The notes beneath the pieces were generated by a model. The model was not told the origin of the DNA. It searched no databases and was given only the letters and a program-made list of their open reading frames with translations. A stretch of DNA of 52,854 nt, taken from Candidatus Liptonbacteria bacterium (GTDB taxonomy: Bacteria; Patescibacteriota; Minisyncoccia; UBA6257; 2-01-FULL-56-20). Positions 24,878-34,174 of this stretch are shown here, one piece after another. The DNA lies in the NCBI GenBank assembly GCA_023244935.1, contig JAHFLJ010000002.1, forward strand, positions 1 through 52,854. Direction: 5' to 3'. Position numbers and translations under genes: made by a program. Numbering within the stretch: position 1 is the stretch's first letter; the number at the start of each line of letters is the position of its first letter.

Positions 24878-26209
24878 ATGAACACTAATATTTCAAAATT
24901 TTTAATATTGTTTTTTGTGACCGTCACTTTATCTTTGAATATTAAAATTTCCGGAGCCGAAGAAGCGACGGTAGTTAGTTCAAATACCCGAGAAGTAATT
25001 CAGTCCAAGATTCAGGAAAAAAATCAGGCGTTGCAGGATATTAACGCGGAACTCCAGAAGACTCAAACTACGTTGAACGAAGTTGTAAAAGAAAAGAATA
25101 CCTTACAGACTCAGGTTAAAACTTTGGACAGTTCGATTAAGCAGATTAATCTGGGGATACAATCGACTCAGACTACGATGCAAAAAGTTGGTCTGGAGAT
25201 TGAAGATTTGAATTACGATATTTCGGACATCGAATCGTCAATCGATGATAAAAAAGTTGCAATTACCAGTTTGTTTAGAGAATACCAACGCGAGAGCGGA
25301 AAAAGCACGCTTTTGTTGTTGCTGGAGAATAAAACCCTAGAGGAAGGATTAGCGGCTTCGCAAGCAGTGGATAATGTTCGAACTCAACTTACTGCCGATA
25401 TCGGAGAAATGCGCATCTTGGAGGAAAAGTATTCCGGAAAAGTTAAGGCTTTGAGTTCCAAAAAAACCGAGCTTGTTTATCAGCAAGAAGATTTGAAAAA
25501 TAAGAAAGTTATTGTTGAAGATACTAAACAAGAAAAAGCACAGTTGCTTACGCAGACCAAGAGTAAAGAAAGTGTTTATCAAAAGCAGGTTGCGGAACTT
25601 AAGAAGCTTCAGGAAGATGCCGCAAACGAAATCGAAGCCTTAGACGCTCAGCTTCGCTTGAAAATCGATCCGTCTCTTTTGCCGACATTGTCTTCCGGGG
25701 TTTTAGGAATGCCGATAATCGGAACACTAACTTCACAAACGCGCGATTGTAAGCTTCAAAATTGCACTCAAGGGTATGGCGCAACCAGCTTTGCAGTTTA
25801 TGGCTACAAAGGGAAATGGCATAACGGAATTGATTTTGGGGTTCCCCTGGGAACTCCGATACTCGCGGCGGAGTCCGGCGTCGTTCTGGCGGTCGGAGAT
25901 CAGGATAAGTTTTGCTACAAAGGCGCATACGGAAAGTTTGTGTTGATTAAGCACGACAATAACCTAACGACACTTTCCGGTCACTTATCAAAATATTTAG
26001 TTTCTGCCGGTACTCAAGTTACTCGTGGACAGATTATTGGTTATTCCGGAAAGAGCGGATACGCAACCGGACCTCATTTGCACTTTTCGGTTTTCGCAAC
26101 ACCGACTATTCCTCCGGCTTCTGCCGGATTTAAAGAAGGAACAAAAGCTTCAAAAAGTTGCGGGCCGATGCCTTATGGTGGAGACTTAAATCCGCTTGGT
26201 TATTTGTAG
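24878..26209 (+). CDS. M23 family metallopeptidase with an N-terminal coiled-coil (EnvC-like architecture)
   Basis: 443 aa. It has a signal peptide and a long Q/E/K-rich coiled-coil. The C-terminal HNGIDFG and GPHLHFSV are LytM/M23 motifs. Confidence 0.85.
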   Translation: MNTNISKFLILFFVTVTLSLNIKISGAEEATVVSSNTREVIQSKIQEKNQALQDINAELQKTQTTLNEVVKEKNTLQTQVKTLDSSIKQINLGIQSTQTTMQKVGLEIEDLNYDISDIESSIDDKKVAITSLFREYQRESGKSTLLLLLENKTLEEGLAASQAVDNVRTQLTADIGEMRILEEKYSGKVKALSSKKTELVYQQEDLKNKKVIVEDTKQEKAQLLTQTKSKESVYQKQVAELKKLQEDAANEIEALDAQLRLKIDPSLLPTLSSGVLGMPIIGTLTSQTRDCKLQNCTQGYGATSFAVYGYKGKWHNGIDFGVPLGTPILAAESGVVLAVGDQDKFCYKGAYGKFVLIKHDNNLTTLSGHLSKYLVSAGTQVTRGQIIGYSGKSGYATGPHLHFSVFATPTIPPASAGFKEGTKASKSCGPMPYGGDLNPLGYL

Positions 26210-26229
26210 GATTGATTTATAATCAAGGG

Positions 26230-26517
26230 ATGAAGACTTATGTCTCTCAGGTTTTAGTTTTAATCGCGGTTATAATTGTTATTTATATTTTTTGGGGAGT
26301 TGAGATTAAAAATTTTCTTTTAAGCAGGGGAGTGGTGGATATTCCGACCTTCATTAGTTTTTTGTATACTTCCGGTGTTTGGTTAATCGGAAAGATTTTT
26401 TCAATCGCGACTACTGTCGGTGAATATATACTACAAATATTTAACAATATTTTGTCAAATGTGATGAGAATCGCGGATTTGGTGAGCGGAATTTTAAATG
26501 TGCTTAAAAAGATTTAG
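26230..26517 (+). CDS. small polytopic membrane protein (95 aa)
   Basis: ATG 26230 (MKTYVSQVLVLIAVIIVIYIFW...). There are two or three hydrophobic helices. The ORF-track start at 26158 overlaps the M23 gene. Confidence 0.45.
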   Translation: MKTYVSQVLVLIAVIIVIYIFWGVEIKNFLLSRGVVDIPTFISFLYTSGVWLIGKIFSIATTVGEYILQIFNNILSNVMRIADLVSGILNVLKKI

Positions 26518-26635
26518 TTTGTTTATAAAGAACTAATCACTTATAACTAATAACTTGTAAAGCGATACAAATCGCGGAAGCTTGTAATAGTATTTTTTAG
26601 GTTTAAACTACAACTAGTATTTTTGGAGGTGAAAA

Positions 26636-26878
26636 ATGATCTCGCGACCGAAGGCCGGGTCGGAAAAGATTAAGTTTTCTCCGAATGAAGATCGAGTTGC
26701 CATATCTTTATCTTGCGAGTGTGGAGCTTCGGTCAGTAAGCTTTTGGGATTTGGGGTGTTGCGTGGCGATAGTCATGTATCGTTTGTGGCGTGTGAATGT
26801 GCCTCCGGACATCGGATGATAATCGAGCTTGCGGATGTTGCCAATATGGTTGAGATGCCGAATGATATGATTCAGTAA
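26636..26878 (+). CDS. hypothetical 80-aa protein with paired CEC motifs
   Basis: A ggaggtgaaaa Shine-Dalgarno sequence precedes ATG 26636. The motifs SCECGAS and ACECASGH suggest a small metal-binding fold. A terminator follows. Confidence 0.5.
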   Translation: MISRPKAGSEKIKFSPNEDRVAISLSCECGASVSKLLGFGVLRGDSHVSFVACECASGHRMIIELADVANMVEMPNDMIQ

Positions 26879-26893
26879 TCAGAAATTGATTCT

Positions 26894-26918
26894 GGGGCCA
26901 ATTAGAGGCCCTTTTTTT
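26894..26918 (+). terminator. intrinsic terminator
   Basis: 5-bp GC stem gggcc / ggccc with a 7-nt loop, followed by T7. Confidence 0.5.
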
Positions 26919-27053
26919 ATTGAGAAACCGATGACTAATCACTTATAATTAGAAACTAAATACCAGATTGATATCAGGGGAAGTGCTATATTCGAAGCCT
27001 GCAATAAATAACTTATAACTTAATTCAAAAAATATTTAATTACCGGTAAGGTG

Positions 27054-27154
27054 TGTCGTAGGGCTATATTTACCAACAAAATAGTTTTGTTGGTAAATAT
27101 AGTGTATATCTTTTTCGACATATACTTATGTCGTAAAAGATATATTGGACGACA
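27054..27154. repeat. two adjacent 18-bp palindromic hairpins closed by a 6-bp outer stem
   Basis: Hairpin 1: 27064..27081 ctatatttaccaacaaaa pairs perfectly with 27085..27102 (3-nt loop). Hairpin 2: 27105..27122 tatatctttttcgacata pairs with 27127..27144 with one mismatch (4-nt loop). The outer stem is tgtcgt (27054..27059) / acgaca (27149..27154). Confidence 0.8.
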
Positions 27155-27267
27155 GGAGGATAAGCTTTAAACCAGTGGTTATTTGGGATTTGATGTGTTT
27201 CCTACCTAGTTTTGGGGCCATAAATTTTAATATACAAAATGCTAAATATTTGATAAATTTATAATAT

Positions 27268-27906
27268 ATGCCAAATTCACAAGGTTCATTTTCGATTGAA
27301 GAAATTAAATTAGGTTTTGAAAAATTTGAAAAAGAAAATGGATATTATCCAACTGCACTAGAAATAGATAAATGTGATTATCTCCCCTCTTCTCGTCAAA
27401 TTCAAAGACACTTCGGCGGTCTCGTAGATTTAAGAACAAAACTCGGACTTTCGGGTTCGACAAATTTTACCGCCGGTGAATACAGGTCTAAGGTATCTAG
27501 CGAGGGTGATTTACGTGCCAAAAAGTATGAGGCTGAATTCTATGATTTTCTAATATCGAATATTGACGAAGTTAAGGTTCATGAACATAAGATTATTCGA
27601 CCAGGAGGTGTGGCAAGCGATTTTTTTATATATACAACTGCTCATGCCGGATTTTTTATCGATCTTTTTTATGCGAAAGATATCCATAGCCTAGCTGGGA
27701 TTGTCACCATAAAGGCAAATAAGCCATTGCCGAAGAATATGCCCGTTTATTTTATACTTGTAGGAAATGAAGCAATTTCGCAGGATGTAATTGATAAGAT
27801 AATTAAGAATAGGAAAAATATACTGGAATCAAATATACGAGTGATAACCGAAGATTATTTTAAGTCAAACTTTAATGAAATTGTGAAAGATAGCTCTCAT
27901 GAATAA
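27268..27906 (+). CDS. hypothetical protein with an N-terminal homing-endonuclease-associated-repeat-like domain
   Basis: 212 aa in a visibly AT-rich segment. The N-terminus FSIEEIKLGFEKFEKENGYYPTALEIDKCDYLPSSRQIQRHFGGLVDLRTKLGL resembles the HNH-associated repeat. The C-terminal half is unassigned. It overlaps the murC start by 8 nt. Confidence 0.5.
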   Translation: MPNSQGSFSIEEIKLGFEKFEKENGYYPTALEIDKCDYLPSSRQIQRHFGGLVDLRTKLGLSGSTNFTAGEYRSKVSSEGDLRAKKYEAEFYDFLISNIDEVKVHEHKIIRPGGVASDFFIYTTAHAGFFIDLFYAKDIHSLAGIVTIKANKPLPKNMPVYFILVGNEAISQDVIDKIIKNRKNILESNIRVITEDYFKSNFNEIVKDSSHE

Positions 27907-29233
27907 AAAGAAAATTTATTTTATTGGAATTGGCGGGATTGGAATGAGTTCTTTGGCTAGGTTCTATAAGTCTCAAAATTGGGCTGTTTACGGCTCGGAT
28001 GGGTTCGACACTATAATTACCAAAGATCTCAAAAAAGACGGTTTTAAGGTCAAAATAGGCCAAAGTTCGGCCAATATACCGGCCGGAATAGACCTTTTTG
28101 TCTATACTCAAGCTGTTCAACCGCAGAATGAAGAATTTGTATTTGCGAAGAGTACCGGCCGGGAGGTTCTTTCCTATCCACAAGCCTTAGGTAGACTTAC
28201 ATCTCGTTTTAGAACAGTTGCAATTTGTGGAGCGCACGGGAAAAGCACAACGACGGCGATGGTCGGAAAAATTTTAATCGACGCTAAGATCGATCCGACA
28301 ATTATTTTAGGAACTAAAGTTGACTACCTGGACGGTTCGAATTTTCGATTGGGTCAGAGTAAGGTTTTATTGATTGAGTCAGATGAGTATGGGGCCGCCT
28401 TTTTGAACTACTTTCCGGAAGTTGCGGTGATTTTAAACATCGACAAAGAACATCTGGATTTTTACGGTAATTTCGCGAAAGTTAAAAGCACGTTTTTGAA
28501 GTTTGCCGAGAATATTAAATCAGGCGGAGTTTTGATTTTAAATCAGGATGATAAGACAGTTGTCTCTTTGACTCCCAGATTCGAAAAAATTGCGAGGAGA
28601 AGAAAGTTTAAAATAATTAAATTTGCTCTGAATAAAAAGAATAGTCCGGAGTTGAAGAAAAATATTTCTCTTTCCGGAGTTCATAATCTTTCGAATGCCC
28701 TGGGAGCAATTAAGGTTGCGGAAGTTCTAGGAGTAGATTTTACGGAATCGTTAAAGTCGCTTTCTAAGTTTAATGGGGTTTGGCGGAGGATGCAGTTTCG
28801 TGGAAAATTCGCCGGAACGGACGTGTATGATGATTACGCGCATCATCCATCGGAAATCAGCGCTTCCCTTTTGGGGCTTAGGCAGAAATATCCTCAGGCA
28901 AAAATTATTTGTGTGTTTCAGCCACACCAAGCGAAAAGAGTTCAATCGCTATTCAAAGAATTTATTAAGTCGCTTTCTAACGTGGATTTTGGAGTGATTT
29001 TGCCTATTTACATGGTTGCCGGGAGAGATTTGGAGAAAGTAAAGTATGACTCCCCTCTTTTGGTAAAAAGTTTAGTTAAAAAGCATAAAAACAAAAAGTT
29101 TATTTATTTGGAAGACAAAAATAATTTAGCCGGAGAGTTGAAAAAATATGTTTCGGAAAATAAAAATTGTGTGATTGTAATGATGGGCGCCGGAAGTATT
29201 TTTGAAGCTACCAGCGAGCTAGTAACCGGCTGA
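27899..29233 (+). CDS. murC: UDP-N-acetylmuramate--L-alanine ligase
   Basis: 444 aa. Motifs: FIGIGGIGMSSLA, GAHGKSTTTAM and DDYAHHPSEI. Confidence 0.9.
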   Translation: MNKKKIYFIGIGGIGMSSLARFYKSQNWAVYGSDGFDTIITKDLKKDGFKVKIGQSSANIPAGIDLFVYTQAVQPQNEEFVFAKSTGREVLSYPQALGRLTSRFRTVAICGAHGKSTTTAMVGKILIDAKIDPTIILGTKVDYLDGSNFRLGQSKVLLIESDEYGAAFLNYFPEVAVILNIDKEHLDFYGNFAKVKSTFLKFAENIKSGGVLILNQDDKTVVSLTPRFEKIARRRKFKIIKFALNKKNSPELKKNISLSGVHNLSNALGAIKVAEVLGVDFTESLKSLSKFNGVWRRMQFRGKFAGTDVYDDYAHHPSEISASLLGLRQKYPQAKIICVFQPHQAKRVQSLFKEFIKSLSNVDFGVILPIYMVAGRDLEKVKYDSPLLVKSLVKKHKNKKFIYLEDKNNLAGELKKYVSENKNCVIVMMGAGSIFEATSELVTG

Positions 29234-29318
29234 TTACCGATGACCTATAACTTATAATCCATAACTTAAAAAAAGTTAATGGAATATTGGTTATCGGTGG
29301 ATAATTATAAGTTCTTAG

Positions 29319-29930
29319 TTACAAATTCGTCACAACCACTTCATTAATTTTCGGAGGGTCGATTGGGCGGTCGTCCTTTCCCGTAGGAAGGTTGCCGATT
29401 TTATCGACGACTTCTTGTCCACTGACAACTTTTCCGAAGATGGTATAGTTCTTTTCTAATGGAACATCTTCCAGCATTATGAAAAACTGACTGCCGTTGG
29501 TATTCTTTCCGGAATTAGCCATGGCGACAACTCCTTTTTTATATCCTGCTTTATAGCTTTCGGTTGACGGATTGAGTTCGTCTTCAAACTTGTATCCTGG
29601 CCCGCCCATTCCGGTTCCGGTTGGGTCGCCTCCTTGAATCATAAATCCTTTAATCACGCGGTGAAAAATTACGCCATCGTAGAATTTTTTGTTGGCGAGG
29701 TCGATAAAGTTTTGGACGGTTTTCGGGGCATCACTATTATAAGTTTCAAAGGTGATATCTCCCTGACTGGTTTTTAAGGTTATTTGATTTTTCATTTTAG
29801 TATTTTGGTTTGATGTATTTTGTGTATTGTCGACCGGTTGTGGGTTGGTTGGAAAGGCCATCGAGATTCCCTGCAGGACGAAGATGAGAACCATGCCGAA
29901 TATCAGTATGTTTTTCAGATTAAATTTCAT
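29319..29930 (-). CDS. secreted/anchored cyclophilin-type peptidyl-prolyl cis-trans isomerase
   Basis: 203 aa with an N-terminal hydrophobic signal. Motifs: FHRVIKGFMIQGGDP and MANSGKNTNGSQFFI. Confidence 0.9.
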   Translation of the reverse strand: MKFNLKNILIFGMVLIFVLQGISMAFPTNPQPVDNTQNTSNQNTKMKNQITLKTSQGDITFETYNSDAPKTVQNFIDLANKKFYDGVIFHRVIKGFMIQGGDPTGTGMGGPGYKFEDELNPSTESYKAGYKKGVVAMANSGKNTNGSQFFIMLEDVPLEKNYTIFGKVVSGQEVVDKIGNLPTGKDDRPIDPPKINEVVVTNL

Positions 29931-29985
29931 GTGTCTTATTTTACCAGAAATTTTGAAAAAGTGAAATTCCTGCTATAATCATCTT

Positions 29986-31131
29986 ATGAAAGAATCGCTT
30001 TTGAGCGCTATTTCCGGAATTTATCGTTTTATTGCTTATAATTTTGTATTCTATTTTGATTCGGAGTTAACACATGAAATTGCGCTTTCGGTTGGAGAAT
30101 TTTGTTCAAAAAATAGGTGGTTGATTGCCCCATTTGCATTTTGGTTAAAGCCGAGAAATTCGAAATTAACCCAGGTTATTTCGGGAATTACTTTTAAAGG
30201 ACCTGTTGGGCTTGCTGCCGGTTTTGATTATCGGGTCAATTTGCCACGCCTACTTCCCTACCTGGGTTTTGGCTCCGGCACGGTCGGAACATTTACGGAT
30301 AGGCCGTACGAAGGTAATACTCGTCCAAGACTTGGAAGACTTATTAAGTCCAAAGCCTTATTGGTTAATAAAGGATTCAAAAATGATGGAATTGATTTTG
30401 CGGTAAGAAAATTATTGATTGATGATTTTGAATTGCCGGTTGGGTTGAGTATTGGGAAAACAAACATTGCCGAAGTTTGCACTCAGGAGCTGGCAATTGC
30501 CGATATCGAGTCCGCATTTAAAAAAGCAGAATGTTCCCCGGCGAATTTTAATTATTATGAGCTGAATATCAGTTGCCCAAATTTGAATGTGGATGTGAGT
30601 TTTTATCCGCCAAAAAATTTGGAAGAGCTACTTTCTTCGATTGATAATCTCAATCTAAGTAGGCCGGTATTCGTGAAAATGCCGATTGAGAAAAGTGATA
30701 GTGAAATTTTGGAGATGTTAAGGGTCATTGTTAAACATAAAATCGTCGGGGTTATTTTGGGAAATTTGGCGCGAGACAGGAATAATCCGGCGTTAATTAA
30801 GGAAGAGGTTGATAAAGCCGGCAAGGGAAATTTCAGCGGAATGCCGACTCAGAAAAGATCGGACGAAGTGATTAAATTGGCATATGAGAATTTTGGGGAA
30901 AAGCTGATTGTCGTCGGGTGTGGTGGAATTTTTACTCCGGAAGATGCTTATCGGAAGATTCGGAATGGCGCGAGTTTTGTGCAGATGATTGCCGGGCTTA
31001 TCTTTAACGGACCATTACTGCCGGCGCAAATTAATTTTGGCTTGGCGAGGCTACTTAAAAAAGACGGGTTTAACCATATTTCCGAGGCAATTGGCGCGGA
31101 TACGAAAAAAGGTAAGATTAGCGACTTGTAA
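29986..31131 (+). CDS. pyrD: dihydroorotate dehydrogenase, class 2-like
   Basis: 381 aa with an N-terminal extension. Motifs: GLAAGFD, ELNISCPN and GCGGIFTPEDAY. Confidence 0.8.
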   Translation: MKESLLSAISGIYRFIAYNFVFYFDSELTHEIALSVGEFCSKNRWLIAPFAFWLKPRNSKLTQVISGITFKGPVGLAAGFDYRVNLPRLLPYLGFGSGTVGTFTDRPYEGNTRPRLGRLIKSKALLVNKGFKNDGIDFAVRKLLIDDFELPVGLSIGKTNIAEVCTQELAIADIESAFKKAECSPANFNYYELNISCPNLNVDVSFYPPKNLEELLSSIDNLNLSRPVFVKMPIEKSDSEILEMLRVIVKHKIVGVILGNLARDRNNPALIKEEVDKAGKGNFSGMPTQKRSDEVIKLAYENFGEKLIVVGCGGIFTPEDAYRKIRNGASFVQMIAGLIFNGPLLPAQINFGLARLLKKDGFNHISEAIGADTKKGKISDL

Positions 31132-31211
31132 TTATTTTTAGGTTTAAGCGTCATATATGGTAACGGGTGGGGCGCCGATTGTGAGGATTGGTGTTCTGCT
31201 CTCAAAATATA

Positions 31212-31247
31212 AACAACCCGGACAGTCCATGGACTGTCCGGGTTGTT
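31212..31247. terminator. perfect 36-nt palindrome, probable bidirectional terminator between pyrD (+) and 31374..32099 (-)
   Basis: aacaacccggacagtcca / tggactgtccgggttgtt, followed by ttgttg on the plus strand. Confidence 0.6.
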
Positions 31248-31373
31248 TTGTTGTGATTTAGCGTCATTACCCTACTTTGCCCTATAGTCGGCAGGGCTTC
31301 CCTACTTCTCCGCCAGCTGGCGGATTTGAAGGGCGCGGCGCGGGATTGAAATAAAATAAATATCTTGTTTATT

Positions 31374-32099
31374 TTATTTCAAATTATACGAGGCGCGGAC
31401 GGTAACCATCACCTGCTTTTCAATTTTGGATGTATCGTAGGAGCCATAGTCGTTAACATCAATCGAGTTGGCGGACATTACCTGGACTACTCCCATTGAA
31501 GCTGATTTTAGCGAACTGACTTTCTTTCCACCGGATTCGGCGATTGCGGAAGCTCTCGCTTGGGCATCTTTCATTGCATCAGGTAACATTTCAATTCTTA
31601 GATCGGAAAGTTTTGTATAAAAGTATTCAACTCCTTGAGTAGAAACTAATACTCCTTGGTCTATAATCGGTTGAAGGTTTTTCGATAATTCGGTTATCTT
31701 GGCAATGTCGGTTGAATTTATTTCTACGTTTTGAGTAAGCGTATATTCTTTTGGAGCGTTTGCGCCTTTGTCGTAGTAATAATTCATATTCATAAAGACC
31801 GGAGAAACGGTCATCTGCTCATCGGTTACTCCGCTATCTTTGAGGAATTTTGTAACAATTCCCGAATCTTTCGCCATTTGCGTGTACCCTGATTTTAGAT
31901 TTTGAGTTTCAACAACGCGATTGAAATTTAAAACCCACTTTGACGAATCAGAAGTTATCTTTTTTGTCGCGGAACCGGTTACTGATAAATAGTTATCAAG
32001 TTGTCTCGCGCTGTAAAAAGAATAGGCGAAAACCGAAAACGCTATAACAATACATAGCCCCAGTATCAATGCGGGAAATTTATAATCGTTGTTTTGCAT
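31374..32099 (-). CDS. SIMPL (DUF541) domain periplasmic protein
   Basis: 241 aa with an N-terminal anchor. LSVTGSATKKITSD...ITLTQNVEI...ARASAIAE...VMVTVRASY is the typical SIMPL layout. Confidence 0.7.
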   Translation of the reverse strand: MQNNDYKFPALILGLCIVIAFSVFAYSFYSARQLDNYLSVTGSATKKITSDSSKWVLNFNRVVETQNLKSGYTQMAKDSGIVTKFLKDSGVTDEQMTVSPVFMNMNYYYDKGANAPKEYTLTQNVEINSTDIAKITELSKNLQPIIDQGVLVSTQGVEYFYTKLSDLRIEMLPDAMKDAQARASAIAESGGKKVSSLKSASMGVVQVMSANSIDVNDYGSYDTSKIEKQVMVTVRASYNLK

Positions 32100-32356
32100 T
32101 TAATCTAGAATTTTAATTATATTTATTTAGCGATATCTTGATACTACTTTTTTGCCGGCTTTTTTATTGTGCTTTTTCTTGGCCACTTTTCGTTTTTTAT
32201 TCATCCCGTTAGAGGCAGATCGCGATTTCGTTAATCTGCTTATTTTGTTTATTTATTCGACGTTATTTTGTTTATAATAGTTCTATTAATCTCGAAGAAG
32301 CAATCGCGGCCTCTAACGGGATTCATAAGTCAATTATAGCATAAAACCTTTTTTTC

Positions 32357-32558
32357 TGTCATTGTCCAACTCGATTGGACAATCTAGTATTCTTTGGTCC
32401 AACAAATGAAGATGGATTTCCGCCTCCGCGGGAATGACAAACGGGGATACTAATCATTCTTACTAATGTGTCATTCTGAGTGGAGAGAACCTGCCTGCCG
32501 GCAGGCAGGGAATCTGATTTGAATCAGTCGAGATCCTTCGCTAAGCTCAGGATGACAA
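32357..32558. repeat. four REP-like palindromic units
   Basis: Units: 32357..32386 tgtcattgtccaactcgattggacaatcta; 32414..32440 ggatttccgcctccgcgggaatgacaa; 32469..32516 gtgtcattctgag...ctgcctgccggcaggcagggaatc; and 32531..32558 agatccttcgctaagctcaggatgacaa. Confidence 0.8.
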
Positions 32559-32568
32559 GGCAGATTGA

Positions 32569-33609
32569 TTAGAATAATCTGCCTACGTCTTTGATTGTGA
32601 GAAAAATCATTAGCCCTAACAAAAATAATAATCCTGCTCCATTAACTATAGCCTCAATTTTTCTTGGAATAGGTTTTCGGATTATTGCTTCGATTGTGAG
32701 GAATAAGAATCTTCCACCGTCCAGAGCCGGAAACGGAAGGATATTCATTATGGCCAGATTAACCGAGATTATTGCCAAGAGATAAACAAAATAGATAAAT
32801 CCGGCTTTGCTGGTTTGACTGGCAATGCTGAATATCCCCACCGGACCAACTGCACCATCCGGAATTGTCGCATGCGCGAAAATCGATTTAAAAAATCCGA
32901 TAACGCCGATAAATGTCTCTTTGGTTACAGTTGCGGTTTCTTTTAACCCTTCATATGGGGCTTTGTAGAACGGGACTGCCGGGATATCCCCGGTTTGACC
33001 GAGCATTACACCTAAAATTCCGCCATCTTTATTTTCTTCATTAGGAAGGGCTATCTCAACCTTAATCTTTTCGTTACCTCTGATGACATTAAAAGTTGTT
33101 TTTTCGCCAAGGTGAAGTTTGGCAAATGCTTTCAGTTCCTCGGCGTTTTTAAAATCGCTAAAGATATCGTCATTTTTAATTCCGGCAATTTCCGCCGGTG
33201 AATTTTTGGCAACTTCGCCAACAACCGCCATGGGAGTAATTCCGACAATCAAAACTATGCTAATTAGTATCCAGCCGATAATAAAATTCATTATTACGCC
33301 GGAAGCGATGACCAGCATCTTTTGATACATCGGACGGGAGGTGAACAGTTTTTCTTTGGGAACGTCATTGCTTTTCTCTTCGGAATTATCCGGTGTGTCC
33401 CCTTCTCCGGCAATTTGGACGAAGCCACCAAACGGAAGCGCGTTTATGGAGTATTCGGTCTCACCTATTTTTTTCTTGAATAATCGTGGCGGAAATCCGA
33501 TTCCGAATTCTCGAACGAACATTTTGGAAAGTTTCGCGGCAAAAAAATGGCCGAATTCGTGGCCGATAATCAAAATTGAAAGTCCGATAATAACTAAAAT
33601 TGCTGTCAT
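32569..33609 (-). CDS. rseP: site-2 protease, M50 family (RseP-like)
   Basis: 346 aa. It has HEFGHFFAAK, an internal PDZ-like segment and NILPFPALDGG. Confidence 0.9.
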   Translation of the reverse strand: MTAILVIIGLSILIIGHEFGHFFAAKLSKMFVREFGIGFPPRLFKKKIGETEYSINALPFGGFVQIAGEGDTPDNSEEKSNDVPKEKLFTSRPMYQKMLVIASGVIMNFIIGWILISIVLIVGITPMAVVGEVAKNSPAEIAGIKNDDIFSDFKNAEELKAFAKLHLGEKTTFNVIRGNEKIKVEIALPNEENKDGGILGVMLGQTGDIPAVPFYKAPYEGLKETATVTKETFIGVIGFFKSIFAHATIPDGAVGPVGIFSIASQTSKAGFIYFVYLLAIISVNLAIMNILPFPALDGGRFLFLTIEAIIRKPIPRKIEAIVNGAGLLFLLGLMIFLTIKDVGRLF

Positions 33610-33622
33610 GTGTTTGTTTTTT

Positions 33623-34174
33623 TTAATCCCCCAATTCTTTAATTTTTGCCTCTAAGCTTTTTTCAATCTCGGCGTTGTATTTATCAACGACCTTCTGAAT
33701 AGCTTCTTTGCCTCTGAAAACTATATCTTCGCTGAGCGATCCCTCCTCTTCCGCGGATTTCAACCCTTTAATTGCTTCCTCGCGTTTGTTGCGAATCTGA
33801 ATTTTGAAATCTTCGGAAATTCTTTTGACCAGCTTCATAAATTCTTGTCGTCTTTCTTCGCTTAGTGTCGGGAGCGAAGCGATAATATTCATTCCGTCGT
33901 TTCGGAGAGACAGACCGATATTTGCCTCCTGGATCGCGGACATAACTGCCGGAATTATGGTTTTATCCCAAACGCTAATGATTATTTCTCGCATTCCGCC
34001 TACGCTTAGAGTTCCAATTTGATTTATCGGCATTTGGCTGTCATAGCAGTTTACGCGAATATTTTCCAAGAGTTCTGCGGATGGGCGGTTACTTCTTATC
34101 CCTTTGATTTCTTCTTTAAATTTGGCGAGGACAATAGATAAAGAATCTTCAATTTCTTTTATGTATTTTTCCAT
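33623..34174 (-). CDS. frr: ribosome recycling factor
   Basis: 183 aa. Motifs: IRSNRPSAELLENIRV and LPTLSEERRQEFMK. Confidence 0.9.
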   Translation of the reverse strand: MEKYIKEIEDSLSIVLAKFKEEIKGIRSNRPSAELLENIRVNCYDSQMPINQIGTLSVGGMREIIISVWDKTIIPAVMSAIQEANIGLSLRNDGMNIIASLPTLSEERRQEFMKLVKRISEDFKIQIRNKREEAIKGLKSAEEEGSLSEDIVFRGKEAIQKVVDKYNAEIEKSLEAKIKELGD

